From Cenarchaeum sp. (GTDB taxonomy: Archaea > Thermoproteota > Nitrososphaeria > Nitrososphaerales > Nitrosopumilaceae): a stretch of 64,000 nt of DNA. The notes below the pieces were generated by a model, which had not been told where the DNA came from, did not search any database, and saw only the letters and a list, made by a program, of their open reading frames with translations. Position numbers and translations under genes: made by a program. Positions within the stretch are counted from its first letter, which is position 1. Each line of letters starts with the position of its first letter. Shown one piece after another: positions 1 through 10,735 of the stretch. The stretch lies in the NCBI GenBank assembly GCA_965206845.1, contig OZ242221.1, positions 1,248,001 to 1,312,000 of the forward strand, written 5' to 3'.

Positions 1-1272
1 GTGTTCCTGGTGCTGGTTCCGTCGGAGATGTGGCTGCCTGTGCTGTACAGCCCCCTGACACTGGGCTTTGGAATCCTCTTTATGGCACTGTCCACCATAT
101 GGTCCATACTCACAGACAGGGCCGGAAGGCCTGACCTGCACAGCACACACAGCCTGATACAGGCGTACCTGTACTCCCGGGAGGACATAGGAAAGATCGA
201 GTCCATACTGGAGGAGCACTCAAGGCCCTCGAAGATCTCCACTGCCCAGCTGCGGCTCAAGGCAGAGGAGCGGGATGTCCGGCTGGTGCTGCCGGAGATC
301 CATCCGGGGCCGTTCCACCCCATCGGCGGCAGCAACATATCGTACCGGATATACCAGACGCTGGACTCGTCGGCCATGGTAATGCACAGCATATCAGATC
401 ATGCCCTGAACCTCCCCTCGGGCCAGCAGGTGGAGTACTACCTCCAGAGCCTCTCAAAGGCCTCGCTGGCAGGAACCGGGGCATCGTGCACCGAGCCGGT
501 GACGGTTCAGATCAACAGAGCCAGGGCGGTGGGCATCCGGTTTGACAAAAGCGCCATGCTGCTTCTCTCACTGTCGCCCCACGGAATGGAGGATCTTCCC
601 AGCTACATCAAGAAGGACATCGAGAAGTACTCCCGGAACAGAAACTTTGAGAGGGTCATGATAGTGGACTGCCACAACGCCATGGGGCAGGAGATCTCCG
701 GGGACGACTCGATAGACATGCTCAAGGCCGCCCGGTCCTGTCTTGACTCCCTGGTGACAAAGGAGGATCATCCGTTCGAGTTCGGCTACGCAAACTCCTC
801 TGACATGGACATCTTCGTGCAGGACCTGGCAATGGGCGGACTGGCGGTCCTCTGCTTGGGCATCGGCGACAGGAAGTACTTTATCGGCTGGGCCGACTCA
901 AACAACATGGAGAACGGCATCAGGGAGTATGTTGTGGAGCGGCTGGCAAGGGATGGGTACAGCCTGATCGAGATATCCACATCAGACACCCACTTTACAC
1001 AGAGCCCGGTCAGGACAAAGCAGGGCTACTACCAGTTTGGCGCCATCACTACGCGGGAGGACATCTCCGAGTGGTACCTTGGGCTTGCCAGATGTGCAGC
1101 AAAGACACTGACGCCTGGCTCCTTTGAGATACTGGAGAACCAGACGGATCTCCAGGTTATGGGTCCCAAGATATTTGAGGACTTTTCGGGCGCACTGGAC
1201 AGCTCCCTCAGGCTCTCCAAAATATTCATGGCAGCCGGCGTTGCCCTCTTTCTGGCTAGTCTGCTGTTATGA
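1..1272 (+). CDS. DUF2070-family membrane protein (5'-truncated by window edge)
   Basis: Long ORF with hydrophobic N- and C-terminal segments and motifs HPGPF, DCHN, DSNNM and TSDTH typical of archaeal DUF2070 proteins. Confidence 0.75.
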   Translation: MFLVLVPSEMWLPVLYSPLTLGFGILFMALSTIWSILTDRAGRPDLHSTHSLIQAYLYSREDIGKIESILEEHSRPSKISTAQLRLKAEERDVRLVLPEIHPGPFHPIGGSNISYRIYQTLDSSAMVMHSISDHALNLPSGQQVEYYLQSLSKASLAGTGASCTEPVTVQINRARAVGIRFDKSAMLLLSLSPHGMEDLPSYIKKDIEKYSRNRNFERVMIVDCHNAMGQEISGDDSIDMLKAARSCLDSLVTKEDHPFEFGYANSSDMDIFVQDLAMGGLAVLCLGIGDRKYFIGWADSNNMENGIREYVVERLARDGYSLIEISTSDTHFTQSPVRTKQGYYQFGAITTREDISEWYLGLARCAAKTLTPGSFEILENQTDLQVMGPKIFEDFSGALDSSLRLSKIFMAAGVALFLASLLL

Positions 1273-1858
1273 CCCTCATCTCGTCCATGTGTCCGGGGAG
1301 ACCATCCACAAATGACGCAAACTGCTCCACTGAGACCACGGGAACCATGCGGACATATGATACAGACTGCCTGTAGAGGGTGACTATTACGGGCAGGGCG
1401 CGGCACTCCGGACTCTTGGAGACGTACCGCTTGGCACGGGCCACCTGTTTTGCCACCGCCGATGCCAGCGGCACACTTCTGTGCCAGTGCTTGCAGTCAA
1501 CTAGCACCGCGGTGTCGCCCTTTCTGCCTGCCACATCTATCTCCATCCTGGGAGACGCAAGCATCAGGTTCCGGGTTACAGCATAGTCCCTGTCGCGGAG
1601 AATCTCTGCCACAAGCCCCTCAAAGTCCCTCCAGTCAAGACACTCTGACACCTCGTCTATGGGCGCGCCACCCTCCAGGGCCAGCATGGCGCACCGGAGC
1701 CTGTCACCGGCAGAGAAGACGACAAAGTCGCCATCCCTCCGGCCTATCCCGGCTGACAGCACATCTGTGATGTGGCGGCCCAGATCCTCTGCCGGAACCC
1801 TTCCCGGTACGATGCTGCAAACCACCACTGCAAGCGCGCTCATCTGGTCATCGGGCAT
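1256..1858 (-). CDS. Restriction-endonuclease-like (Mrr/PD-(D/E)xK) protein
   Basis: W-x-DFE-x-LV-x-E-x-L, EIDV and VDCKHW motifs of Mrr_cat-like nucleases. Confidence 0.7.
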   Translation of the reverse strand: MPDDQMSALAVVVCSIVPGRVPAEDLGRHITDVLSAGIGRRDGDFVVFSAGDRLRCAMLALEGGAPIDEVSECLDWRDFEGLVAEILRDRDYAVTRNLMLASPRMEIDVAGRKGDTAVLVDCKHWHRSVPLASAVAKQVARAKRYVSKSPECRALPVIVTLYRQSVSYVRMVPVVSVEQFASFVDGLPGHMDEMRVITAD

Positions 1859-1949
1859 CCAGTGCAGATTTTAAAGTGTTCGTGCGCATGTCCTTGCGGA
1901 TATCTTGGCGCAGCAGATCGGTTTATGGCGCCGGACCGACCTTCTAACG

Positions 1950-1957
1950 TTTATAAG
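1950..1957 (+). promoter_or_regulatory. Probable TATA box for the rpl18-secY operon
   Basis: TTTATAAG about 30 nt upstream of the rpl18 ATG (1986). Confidence 0.45.
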
Positions 1958-1985
1958 AGCTGTTGGAAGTTTTTCGCCTATAGAT

Positions 1986-2468
1986 ATGGGTTACTCGAAG
2001 ATACTGAGGAGGCTCCGTGAGGGCAAGACCAACTACAAGAAGCGCAGCTCCATGCTTATGGGCAGGCGTGACTTTGTAACTGTGTACATCTCCAACGAGA
2101 ACACCATGGTTCAGATTCACAGACCGGAGATGGGCGGCGACAAGGTTCTGGCCTCGGCGCACTCCCGCTCCCTGATCTCCAAGGGGTGGAAGGGATCCCG
2201 CAAGAACATACCTGCGGCCTATCTTACAGGCTACCTGGCAGGAAAGAAGGCTCTGGGACACGACTCGACAGAGGCGATCATGTACTCTGGCACCCGGCGG
2301 TACACCGACAGAATGGCGGCAGCCCTCAAGGGAGTCCGGGACGCGGGGATGAAGATGCCTGCAGACGACGGGGCATTTCCACCCGACACAAGAATCAACG
2401 GCGAGCACCTCAAGATAAAGAATGACATTTCACAGTTCAAGGCACAGATTGACGGCGAGGCGATCTAG
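1986..2468 (+). CDS. rpl18: 50S ribosomal protein uL18
   Basis: RRLREGKTNYKKR and AAYLTGYLAG motifs; start placed at ATG 1986. Confidence 0.95.
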   Translation: MGYSKILRRLREGKTNYKKRSSMLMGRRDFVTVYISNENTMVQIHRPEMGGDKVLASAHSRSLISKGWKGSRKNIPAAYLTGYLAGKKALGHDSTEAIMYSGTRRYTDRMAAALKGVRDAGMKMPADDGAFPPDTRINGEHLKIKNDISQFKAQIDGEAI

Positions 2469-2471
2469 GAG

Positions 2472-3098
2472 ATGAATCCGTCCAGATCAAGCAGGAACAA
2501 GCCACAGGAGGCACCATGGGTTCCAAAGACGATTCTGGGCAAGCAGGTGTCTGCCGGGGACATCACATCCATGAAGGAGATCCTTGAGCGCGGCCTGCGC
2601 ATACAGGAAGCGGGAATCATCAAGAAGCTGCTGCCGGATCTCAAGACCGAGGTGATCGATGTGGGCATAATCCAGAAGATGACGCCCAACGGCCAGTCGA
2701 CGCGCTTCAAGGCCATAGTGGCTGCGGGAAACAAGAACGGCTGGCTGGGAATCGGCCAGGGAAAGTCCAGGCAGATGAGGGTTGCAATAGAAAAGGCAAA
2801 CAACGCGGCATACCTCAACGTAAGCCCAGTGAAGATGGGCTGCGGCAGCTGGGAGTGCAGGTGCGACCAAAAGCATTCGGTTCCATTCCGGGTTACCGGC
2901 AAGGGCGGAAGCGTCCAGATCGAGATACTGCCTGCTCCCAGGGGGCTGGGGCTGGTGGCAGGCGGAAAGATCCGGCGGCTGTTGGAGCTTGCAGGCCTCA
3001 AGGATGCGTGGACCAAGGCAAGGGGATCCACGGCTACTATGAACTCAACATCAAAGGCGGTGCTTGACTGCCTACGTCAGACATTCAGTCAGGGTTAG
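2472..3098 (+). CDS. rps5: 30S ribosomal protein uS5
   Basis: WVPKTILG, GCGSWEC and PAPRGLGLVAG motifs; operon position. Confidence 0.95.
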   Translation: MNPSRSSRNKPQEAPWVPKTILGKQVSAGDITSMKEILERGLRIQEAGIIKKLLPDLKTEVIDVGIIQKMTPNGQSTRFKAIVAAGNKNGWLGIGQGKSRQMRVAIEKANNAAYLNVSPVKMGCGSWECRCDQKHSVPFRVTGKGGSVQIEILPAPRGLGLVAGGKIRRLLELAGLKDAWTKARGSTATMNSTSKAVLDCLRQTFSQG

Positions 3099-3571
3099 TG
3101 GATATGGTCGGCGCATACTTGGTAGTGAGAATCAAGGGACAGGTTGACGTTCCGTACTGGGCAGAGACCACACTCAAGCTCCTAAAGCTGGAGAAGAAAT
3201 ACAGGGCGACCATCGTTCCCGCCAAGGAGAACACACTGGGCATGCTAAACAAGGTAAAGCACTATGTCTCATGGATCGAGGCCGATCCGGCACTGGCTCG
3301 GGAACTCTTGGACAAGAAGGCCCGCAAGTCCGGCTACAGGAAGATCACCCACGAGGATGTCGCCCAGGCAGGCTTTGATGACATGGACGACATGGCCTCC
3401 TCGCTGGCCGAGGGCAAGTCCTCACTGACAAAGATAAAGCCATTCAAACCGTGGTTCGCGCTGGCGCCTCCGCGGAAGGGATTCAAGCGCAGCACAAAGC
3501 GCCTGTACGGCCAGAAGGGCGTACTGGGCCACAACCGGGAACTGGACACCTTGGTCAGGAGCATGATATAA
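3098..3571 (+). CDS. rpl30: 50S ribosomal protein uL30
   Basis: LVVRIKG and LAPPRKGFKRS motifs; follows rps5. Confidence 0.93.
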   Translation: MDMVGAYLVVRIKGQVDVPYWAETTLKLLKLEKKYRATIVPAKENTLGMLNKVKHYVSWIEADPALARELLDKKARKSGYRKITHEDVAQAGFDDMDDMASSLAEGKSSLTKIKPFKPWFALAPPRKGFKRSTKRLYGQKGVLGHNRELDTLVRSMI

Positions 3572-3996
3572 TGGCAACCAGATTGCGAAAGACGCGCAGG
3601 CTTCGGGGATCCCGTACCTGCGGCTGGGGCCAGGTGGGCCAGCACCGATCCAGCGGCCACAAGGGCGGACTGGGAGTCTCCGGACAGCTCAAGCACCATT
3701 TCAGCTCGATGCTCAAGTACGATCCGGATCACTTTGGCCATGACTCCACCCATAGGCCACACCCCATCGTCACAAGAAAGTGGGCCAGCGTCAGGGATCT
3801 TGATGACATCTTTACCCGAATAGGCGAGACCAGGGACGGCAAGAACATAATCGATCTGGGCTCTGGCGGCTACGACAAGCTCCTCGGCGGCGGACAGGTT
3901 GCTACCGCATACGCAATTACGGTGCCATATTTTACTGCAGCAGCAGAAAGAAAGGTCACGGCAGCTGGCGGCGAGGTGCTAAAGTCCCATGGCTGA
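3571..3996 (+). CDS. rpl15: 50S ribosomal protein uL15
   Basis: RLRGSRTCGWG-x-GQHR-x-SG and YDKLLGGG motifs; ATG at 3571 overlaps the rpl30 stop. Confidence 0.93.
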   Translation: MATRLRKTRRLRGSRTCGWGQVGQHRSSGHKGGLGVSGQLKHHFSSMLKYDPDHFGHDSTHRPHPIVTRKWASVRDLDDIFTRIGETRDGKNIIDLGSGGYDKLLGGGQVATAYAITVPYFTAAAERKVTAAGGEVLKSHG

Positions 3997-5419
3997 AGGC
4001 ACTGCAACCGCACTTATCCGCAGGGTAGTGGTGGTGGTAGAGCCCTACCTGCCACAGGTTCCAAAACCCAAGAAGAAGCTGCAGCTCCAGACCAGGCTGC
4101 TCTGGTCGGGCCTTGCACTGCTCATATACATGGTGATGGGCCAGACGCCGCTCTTTGGGGCGACCACCCCCGAGTTTGACTTTCTGGCCTTTGCCCGTGT
4201 GATCTTTGCATCGCAGCAGGGTACCTTGGTGGAGCTGGGAATCGGACCCATAGTGACCGCCGGTCTCCTGATGCAGCTGCTGCGTGGCTCGGACATCCTC
4301 AAGTTCAACTTTAAAAAGCCCGAGGAGAGGGGCGTCTTTCAGACCGCCACCAAGCTTGTCACGTATGTGGTAATCATCGTCGAGTCCAGCGTGTACGGCA
4401 TAGCGGTGTACGGGCCCAACATTGCAGATCCCAACGTCCTCTACATCCTGGTAGGCCAGCTGATGGCGGCATCGATCATAGTCATGTTCCTGGACGAGAT
4501 GATCCAGAAGGGATGGGGACTGGGCAGCGGAATCAGCCTCTTCATAATGGCAGGTGTCGCGCAGCAGATCCTCTGGAGCCTGTTCAGCCCTCTGCCCGGG
4601 GGCGACGGCGGGTACATCGGCATCGTACCGTACCTGGCGCAGTCCGCCGTAGCCGGGGATCTCAGCAGCGTCTTCTTCAGGGCTAACCAGCTGCCCAGCA
4701 TATTCGGCCTGCTGCTGACGGTAGGCGTCCTGCTGATTCTGGTCTTCACCCAGGGCATGAAGATAGAGATCCCGATCGTATCCACAAAGTACCGGGGCTT
4801 CTCGGCAGTGTACCCCATCAAGCTCATGTATGTCTCCAACATACCCGTAATCCTGGCATCGGCGCTTACCGCCAACGCGGTGTTTATGGGGCAGATGTTC
4901 TGGGCCAACTTCAACCCGCAGAATAATAACGCCTTTATGAACCTCATAGCGCAGTTCAATCCCACCAGCCCCTCCTCGCCCATCGGCGGCCTCATATACT
5001 ACGTGACGCCGCCCAGGGGTCTGGACGTTGCCGTGCTGGATCCCGGTCGGGCCATAGGCTATGTCCTGTTCATGATAGGCATAGTGGTGGTATTTGGAAA
5101 ACTCTGGGTCGAGCTGGGGGGCCTGTCGCCCAAGAAGGCGGCAGAGAACCTGCTTGATGCGGACGTGCAGATACCTGGCTTCCGCCGCTCCAACAAGCCC
5201 ATCGAGTCGCTTCTGAACAGATACATTCCGTCAGTCACGCTCATCGGTTCCATAATACTAGGGACCCTGGCGGGAATATCTGACGTCTTGGGCGTGTTTG
5301 GCTCCGGCATCGGCATACTGCTCATGGTGGACATCCTGATCAACTATTACAACCAGCTCATACGGGAACAGGTCGAGACGGTCATGCCGCGCCTGGGAGC
5401 GCTTCTGGGAAGAAGGTAG
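3989..5419 (+). CDS. secY: Preprotein translocase subunit SecY
   Basis: Multiple TM helices; ELGIGPIVTAG, GWGLGSGISLFI, YPIKLMYVSNIP and IPGFRR motifs. Confidence 0.97.
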   Translation: MAEGTATALIRRVVVVVEPYLPQVPKPKKKLQLQTRLLWSGLALLIYMVMGQTPLFGATTPEFDFLAFARVIFASQQGTLVELGIGPIVTAGLLMQLLRGSDILKFNFKKPEERGVFQTATKLVTYVVIIVESSVYGIAVYGPNIADPNVLYILVGQLMAASIIVMFLDEMIQKGWGLGSGISLFIMAGVAQQILWSLFSPLPGGDGGYIGIVPYLAQSAVAGDLSSVFFRANQLPSIFGLLLTVGVLLILVFTQGMKIEIPIVSTKYRGFSAVYPIKLMYVSNIPVILASALTANAVFMGQMFWANFNPQNNNAFMNLIAQFNPTSPSSPIGGLIYYVTPPRGLDVAVLDPGRAIGYVLFMIGIVVVFGKLWVELGGLSPKKAAENLLDADVQIPGFRRSNKPIESLLNRYIPSVTLIGSIILGTLAGISDVLGVFGSGIGILLMVDILINYYNQLIREQVETVMPRLGALLGRR

Positions 5420-5428
5420 GTTCTGGAT

Positions 5429-6001
5429 ATGGGCAGAAAGGTGGTCATAGTGGGAATCTCGGGTGTCGGAAAGACCACCCTGGTCTCTGCCATCGTGGAG
5501 CTGCTCAAGCACAGGAACAAGACCGTCTCTGTGGTCTCCTTTGGCACCATGATGTTCGAGGCGGCAAAGAAGGTGGGCGTAAACGACCGGGACAAGCTCC
5601 GGCGGCTTCCCATGGAGCAGCAGCAGAGCCTGCAGATGCAGGCAGGCACCCAGATATCCCTGATGACAGAGGATGTGGTGATAGTGGACACCCATGCGTT
5701 CATCTCTACACCCGCGGGATTCTACCCCGGCCTCCCCGAGTACGTCCTCAAGACAATACGACCGTCAAACTTTGTCTCCGTTACTGCAATGCCGGAGGAG
5801 ATCTACAACCGCCGGATGAACGACCCCACCCGGAGACGTGACATCATATCGATATCGGCCATAAAGAGGGAGATGGACGTGCAGAACGCCATGCTCTCCA
5901 CATGCTCCGTGCTCTCAGGATCCCCGCTCAAGTCAGTCATGAACGGGGAGGGAAAGGTTCAAGAAGCTGCACAGTCTGTAATAGATGCAATAGGGTTGTG
6001 A
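5429..6001 (+). CDS. adk: Adenylate kinase (archaeal type)
   Basis: P-loop GISGVGKT, DTH and GFYPGLP motifs; follows secY. Confidence 0.93.
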   Translation: MGRKVVIVGISGVGKTTLVSAIVELLKHRNKTVSVVSFGTMMFEAAKKVGVNDRDKLRRLPMEQQQSLQMQAGTQISLMTEDVVIVDTHAFISTPAGFYPGLPEYVLKTIRPSNFVSVTAMPEEIYNRRMNDPTRRRDIISISAIKREMDVQNAMLSTCSVLSGSPLKSVMNGEGKVQEAAQSVIDAIGL

Positions 6002-6005
6002 TTGC

Positions 6006-6629
6006 ATGGATATAGGAACCGTAGCGCTGTTTTTGGAGTCTGTCTTCCTTCAGGAAGGCTTCTTTGACTTCCAGAACCGTGGGGCCCTGGGAAGCGACGA
6101 TCCCATCATTAAGGGCATGATAGTCTCGATGTTTGCGGTGGTCGGCTTTGGCATACTGCTGAACCTGTTCAACGCAGGCATCAGAAAGAAGATGGTCGAC
6201 CAGGTAAAGCTGAAGCGGATCATGAAAGAGACCAAGGCCTGGCAGAAGGAGAGGATGGCGGCATTTCGCTCCAAAGACGAGAAGAAGCAGGCCGATCTCA
6301 GCAAAAAGTCCTCCTACATGAACAAGCTGAACATGGAGATGATGCAGATGAACATGCGTCCCATGATGATCACGTTCATTCCGCTTATACTCATATTCTA
6401 CTTTGTGCTGCCGCAGGTCTTCTCATACACCGTGGCGCTCTCCCCGATTCCACTCAACGTCATCCCCGGCGACTGGTTCCAGCTTACCTGTACCGCCGAA
6501 GGCGTTGCGGACGGCAGCTTCTGCAACCGGGAGAACGAGCTGTTTCTGTGGGCGTGGTACTTTTTGTCCTCCATCGCATTCAGCGGCATTGTAATGAAAG
6601 TCACAAAAACGTCCATGGATTTCAGTTGA
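6006..6629 (+). CDS. DUF106 / EMC3-TMCO1 (Oxa1 superfamily) membrane protein
   Basis: TM-coiled coil-TM layout, RPMMITFIP and WYFLSS motifs; conserved position after adk. Confidence 0.85.
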   Translation: MDIGTVALFLESVFLQEGFFDFQNRGALGSDDPIIKGMIVSMFAVVGFGILLNLFNAGIRKKMVDQVKLKRIMKETKAWQKERMAAFRSKDEKKQADLSKKSSYMNKLNMEMMQMNMRPMMITFIPLILIFYFVLPQVFSYTVALSPIPLNVIPGDWFQLTCTAEGVADGSFCNRENELFLWAWYFLSSIAFSGIVMKVTKTSMDFS

Positions 6630-7186
6630 GAAGATCCATTGTAATATCAGGGCCTCCCGCAGTGGGCAAGACCACGGTGGCACGGGCGCTAGCCGATGAG
6701 TTTGATATGGAGCACATCAGTGGGGGCGACGTACTCAAGGATATGGCAAAGAGCGCAGGCTATGACAGCGGCGGTGCCGACTGGTGGGATACGGAACCGG
6801 GAATACAGTTCCTGAAGGTTCGACAGGCAGACGGGAGCTTTGATCGGGAGGTGGACCAGAGGCTGATCCAGTTCCTGCGGGAGGGTAACAGGGTCATCAC
6901 CAGCTACACCCTGCCGTGGCTTGTGGATGGTGGGATCAAGATCTGGCTGTCTGGCTCCCACCGTAGCAGCGCCGCACGCATGCGGGTCAGGGACAACATG
7001 GATCTGCAGGAGGCCATGAAGATCACCAAACAGAGGTTCGATGCCAATAAGATCTTCTACAAGAAGCTCTACGACATCGATTTTGGCGACGACCTCTCGG
7101 TGTTTCATGCCAAGATAGACACGGATCAGATGAGCGCGCAGAGCGTCATAGATACGGCAGGCAGGGCCGTCAGGAGCTGGCTATGA
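6626..7186 (+). CDS. cmk: Cytidylate kinase
   Basis: ISGPPAVGKTT P-loop and D-x-x-VD motif; TTG start at 6626 overlaps the upstream stop. Confidence 0.88.
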   Translation: MRRSIVISGPPAVGKTTVARALADEFDMEHISGGDVLKDMAKSAGYDSGGADWWDTEPGIQFLKVRQADGSFDREVDQRLIQFLREGNRVITSYTLPWLVDGGIKIWLSGSHRSSAARMRVRDNMDLQEAMKITKQRFDANKIFYKKLYDIDFGDDLSVFHAKIDTDQMSAQSVIDTAGRAVRSWL

Positions 7187-8181
7187 CCCTTGCGCAGCTC
7201 CAGAACCTCCAGGTCATAGACCAGGATGCCACAGACGACAGCTACGGCACATACTACGACCATCGGAGCGTGGAGCAGCTCCTCAGGTACGGCATCATAC
7301 TGCTTGACAAGCCTCCAGGACCCACCAGTCACGAGGTGGTGGCCTGGGCAAAGAGGATACTCAAGATTCCCAAGGTGGGCCACAGCGGGACTCTGGATCC
7401 ACAGGTTACCGGCGTTCTGCCCCTGGGCCTGGGCGAAGCCACAAAGGCGCTGGGCGTCCTGCTTTTGGGCCCCAAGGAGTACCATGCGCTGGGGCGACTG
7501 CATGTCCTTCCCTCCGCGGCGCGCCTGGATGACGTCTTGGCGCAGTTTACCGGCAAGATATACCAGAAACCGCCCCAAAGGTCGGCAGTGCTGCGCAGGA
7601 CCAGGAGCAGGCACATATACGACATGGACATTCTTGAGCGAAAGGAGCGCCTGGTGCTGCTTCGCGTGTCGTGCGAGGCAGGCACCTACATCCGCAAGCT
7701 GCTCTACGACATGGGCGAGGTTCTGGGCCCCGGAGCGACCATGGTGGAGCTGCGGAGAACCAGGGTGGATCACTTTACTGAAGAGAACCTGGTGACGCTG
7801 CACGAGCTGGCAGACGCATACGCAGTCTGGGAGGAGAGCCAGGACAGCTCCAAGCTCTGCGGCATGATCCACCCCGTGGAGTATGCACTGCAGGGAATCA
7901 AGTCGGTGGTGATCCGCGACTCGGCCGTTGATGCGCTGTGCCACGGAGCCCAGCTGGCAATCCCCGGCGTACTTGAGATAAGCCCCGGCCTGAAGAAGGG
8001 TGATACTGTGGCAGTCTACACGCAGAAAGGCGAGGCGGTGGCACTGGCCGAGGCCACGCTTGACGAGCAGGAGATCGAGGAGCTTACAAAGGGATATGCC
8101 TTTCAGACTAGGCGAATCATAATGGGGGCAGGCACGTATCCCAAGAACTGGAGATCCCCGCGCAAGCCTTCGGAGAAGTGA
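7183..8181 (+). CDS. cbf5: H/ACA RNA-guided pseudouridine synthase Cbf5
   Basis: DKPPGPTSHEV, GHSGTLDP and GTYIRKL motifs; C-terminal PUA domain. Confidence 0.95.
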   Translation: MTLAQLQNLQVIDQDATDDSYGTYYDHRSVEQLLRYGIILLDKPPGPTSHEVVAWAKRILKIPKVGHSGTLDPQVTGVLPLGLGEATKALGVLLLGPKEYHALGRLHVLPSAARLDDVLAQFTGKIYQKPPQRSAVLRRTRSRHIYDMDILERKERLVLLRVSCEAGTYIRKLLYDMGEVLGPGATMVELRRTRVDHFTEENLVTLHELADAYAVWEESQDSSKLCGMIHPVEYALQGIKSVVIRDSAVDALCHGAQLAIPGVLEISPGLKKGDTVAVYTQKGEAVALAEATLDEQEIEELTKGYAFQTRRIIMGAGTYPKNWRSPRKPSEK

Positions 8182-8624
8182 CGTTGCTTCCCAAGAGTCT
8201 GATCGTGGCCGTGTCCTCGGGGGTTGCATCTGCAGGCCTGCTGGGGCTTTTGTTCCTGTATGTCGGTGACGGCAGGGATCCGGTGTTTGTGGATGGCGCA
8301 TCAGTATCTGTGGTAACGGATATGGCACACTACAAGACGGGCCAGCCCGTCAAGATCGCAGTCATAAACTCGGGCACCGTACCACTGGAGTCGCCTGGCA
8401 TGTATGGCCTGGAGATCCGGGGGCTGGACACAATGCTGATCTACTCCGTGCCTGACCAGGCTCCGCACGCGCTGGAGCCGGGGCAGGAAGTCCACATCTC
8501 CTGGGATCAGACCAAGAGCGACGGGACTCCGGTGCTGCAGGGGGTCTACAAGATACACATCAGGGCATCGGCCCCGGACGGAACGGTAGTCCGGGACGAC
8601 GTCAGCGTTCAGGTTCTGGGGTAG
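8178..8624 (+). CDS. Membrane-anchored Ig-like (beta-sandwich) protein
   Basis: N-terminal TM followed by Y-x-x-G-x-x-V, LEPG, WDQ and G-x-Y pattern. Confidence 0.6.
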   Translation: MTLLPKSLIVAVSSGVASAGLLGLLFLYVGDGRDPVFVDGASVSVVTDMAHYKTGQPVKIAVINSGTVPLESPGMYGLEIRGLDTMLIYSVPDQAPHALEPGQEVHISWDQTKSDGTPVLQGVYKIHIRASAPDGTVVRDDVSVQVLG

Positions 8625-8640
8625 CCTTGGGGAAATAACC

Positions 8641-8650
8641 TATTATATAA
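8641..8650 (+). promoter_or_regulatory. Probable TATA box of tRNA-Ser
   Basis: TATTATATAA preceded by a purine-rich BRE-like stretch, about 35 nt upstream of the tRNA. Confidence 0.5.
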
Positions 8651-8684
8651 TCGGGCGGCAGATTGCCTTTGTCGAAGAGACAGT

Positions 8685-8782
8685 GCCGGGGTTGCCTAGC
8701 CTGGTAAGGCGCGCGCCTGGAAACAAGCCATAAAGCGCGTTCTCGCAAGGGATCGGGAGTTCAAATCTCCCTCCCGGCGCCA
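8685..8782 (+). tRNA. tRNA-Ser(GGA) with 11-nt intron at 37/38 (8723-8733)
   Basis: Acceptor stem GCCGGGG/TCCCGGC, discriminator G and CCA; anticodon GGA at 8719-8721; long variable arm; T-loop TTCAAAT; removing ACAAGCCATAA restores a 7-nt anticodon loop. Confidence 0.92.
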
Positions 8783-8824
8783 TGCCATCTGCATCTTTTA
8801 ATATCCAGAGTGTGAACACTGACT

Positions 8825-10735
8825 GTGAGGACCGATATCTCTTGGATGATTGGCGGCCCTCAGGGAAGCGGTGTGGAATCGGCTGCCAACATATTCTCCA
8901 GGGTGTGCGCCCGTTTGGGCTACCGCATCTTTGGAAAGCGTGAGTTCTACTCCAATATCAAGGGGGAGCACAGCTACTTTGTCGTGAGGGTATCTGACAA
9001 AAAGATACACTCCGGCGTCAGCAGCGTCACGCTGATGGTCTCCTATGATGCAGAGACCATCTTCCGGCACTGCTTCGAGGTCGTTCCCGGGGGCGGCATA
9101 CTGTACGACTCTGATCTTGCGGACGTCTCGATCGACGACGTACACACGTTGGATGGCCCGTTCAAGGCCAGAATCAGACGGATGTTTCTGTCTGCAGGCA
9201 AGCAGCCGACCGTGGCATCGATACTTGAGATGAGCAAGGCACGGGGGGTGATGCTCTACCCGGTGTCCTTTAGGGGCACGCTGGCAGAGATTGCCCAGAG
9301 GGAGGACAATCCCAAGATAAAGGGCATGGTTCGAATGTTTAACACCATCGGGGTCTCCCTGTCCATGGGGCTTCTCAGAATGCCGCCCGGCCCGCTCTTC
9401 AGCTCCATCGAGTTCATCTTTTCAAAAAAGCCCAAGGTGGCCATGCTCAACAGGCAGGTTGCCAACTTTGCCTACAGCTATGCCAGCGCGTCGTTCTCCG
9501 GGTTCAGGCACTTTCTCAGCTCGGTTCCAAAGGAGCCACACACGATGCTTGTGCAGGGCTTTCACGGGACTGCCATCGGCAAGATGGTCTGCGGATGCAG
9601 GTTCCAGCCCTACTACCCCATCACACCTGCCTCTGACGAGTCCGTGTACCTGGAATCAAACGCGATCCTGGACACAATCGGTGATCGCCCTGGATCCGTC
9701 GTGGTGGTCCAGACCGAAGACGAGATCTCGGCCATCGGGATGACCATCGGCGGCGCCCTTACGGGGACCCGCTCCTCCACTTGCACCTCCGGCCCGGGAT
9801 TCTCGCTGATGGCTGAGTGCCTGGGCTGGGCAGGCATGAACGAGGTGCCGATAGTAGTTACAAACTACCAGAGAAGCGGCCCGGCCACCGGCCTGCCAAC
9901 GCGCCACGGCCAGGACGACCTGCTCTTTGCGATACATGCGGGCCACGGCGAGTTCCCAAGAATAGTCTACGCCTCAGGCGACATCGAGGAGAGCTTTTAC
10001 GACACCGCGCGGTGCTTCAACTATGCCGACGTCTACCAGGTGCCGGTAATCCACCTCATGGACAAGTTTCTTGCCAGCTCCACGGTCACATGCCAGCGGT
10101 TTGATCCGGAGCTAGTCGAGATCGACCGTGGAAAGCTGCTGGAGAGGATCGAGCGGGACGACTACCGGCGGTTTGAGCAGACTTCTGACGGAATATCGCC
10201 GCGCTCCAAGCTGGGGCTGGAGAACGGAATATTCTGGAACACCGGCGACGAGAGTGACGAGTATGGGCACATCACGGAAGATCCGGTGACCCGTGTGGAG
10301 ATGATGGACAAGCGCATGGGAAGGCTGGATCGGATTCTGCAGTCGGTTCCAGACGAGGATCAGGCGGTCTCCTTTGGGGTCTCTGAGCATACCGTGGTCA
10401 GCTGGGGCTCTGCCAAGGGACCCGTTGTTGACGCCATCCTGATGCTGCAGGACGAGGGCATAAAGGTGGGTTTTGTACAGATAAAGATGCTTCATCCGTT
10501 TCCCTCGAGCCTGGTGGACTTTCTGCTCAAGGACGCCAAGACCATAATCGATGTGGAGGCAAACCATTCCGGCCAGCTGGGCAAGATCCTCAGGCAAAAC
10601 ACGGGCCGTGAGCCTGACTACTACATCCTCAAGTACTCGGGAAGGATCATGACCTGTACCGAGATATACAACGCCCTCAAACGTATTATTGCGGGAGTGG
10701 CAGACAAAAGGGAGGTTCTGATGCATGGCGCTTAA
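8825..10735 (+). CDS. korA: 2-oxoacid:ferredoxin oxidoreductase, alpha subunit (gamma-alpha fusion)
   Basis: [24 protein letters not shown] and [11 protein letters not shown] motifs. Confidence 0.93.
   Translation: MRTDISWMIGGPQGSGVESAANIFSRVCARLGYRIFGKREFYSNIKGEHSYFVVRVSDKKIHSGVSSVTLMVSYDAETIFRHCFEVVPGGGILYDSDLADVSIDDVHTLDGPFKARIRRMFLSAGKQPTVASILEMSKARGVMLYPVSFRGTLAEIAQREDNPKIKGMVRMFNTIGVSLSMGLLRMPPGPLFSSIEFIFSKKPKVAMLNRQVANFAYSYASASFSGFRHFLSSVPKEPHTMLVQGFHGTAIGKMVCGCRFQPYYPITPASDESVYLESNAILDTIGDRPGSVVVVQTEDEISAIGMTIGGALTGTRSSTCTSGPGFSLMAECLGWAGMNEVPIVVTNYQRSGPATGLPTRHGQDDLLFAIHAGHGEFPRIVYASGDIEESFYDTARCFNYADVYQVPVIHLMDKFLASSTVTCQRFDPELVEIDRGKLLERIERDDYRRFEQTSDGISPRSKLGLENGIFWNTGDESDEYGHITEDPVTRVEMMDKRMGRLDRILQSVPDEDQAVSFGVSEHTVVSWGSAKGPVVDAILMLQDEGIKVGFVQIKMLHPFPSSLVDFLLKDAKTIIDVEANHSGQLGKILRQNTGREPDYYILKYSGRIMTCTEIYNALKRIIAGVADKREVLMHGA

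Noticed and set aside
6006-8181. No rpl34e/rpl14e around cmk and no intron in cbf5
   Set aside because: Consistent with known Nitrosopumilaceae gene content; the cbf5 ORF is continuous.
7126-8328. Long antisense ORFs over core genes (this one and many similar)
   Set aside because: Shadow ORFs expected from GC-rich codon usage opposite well-identified genes.
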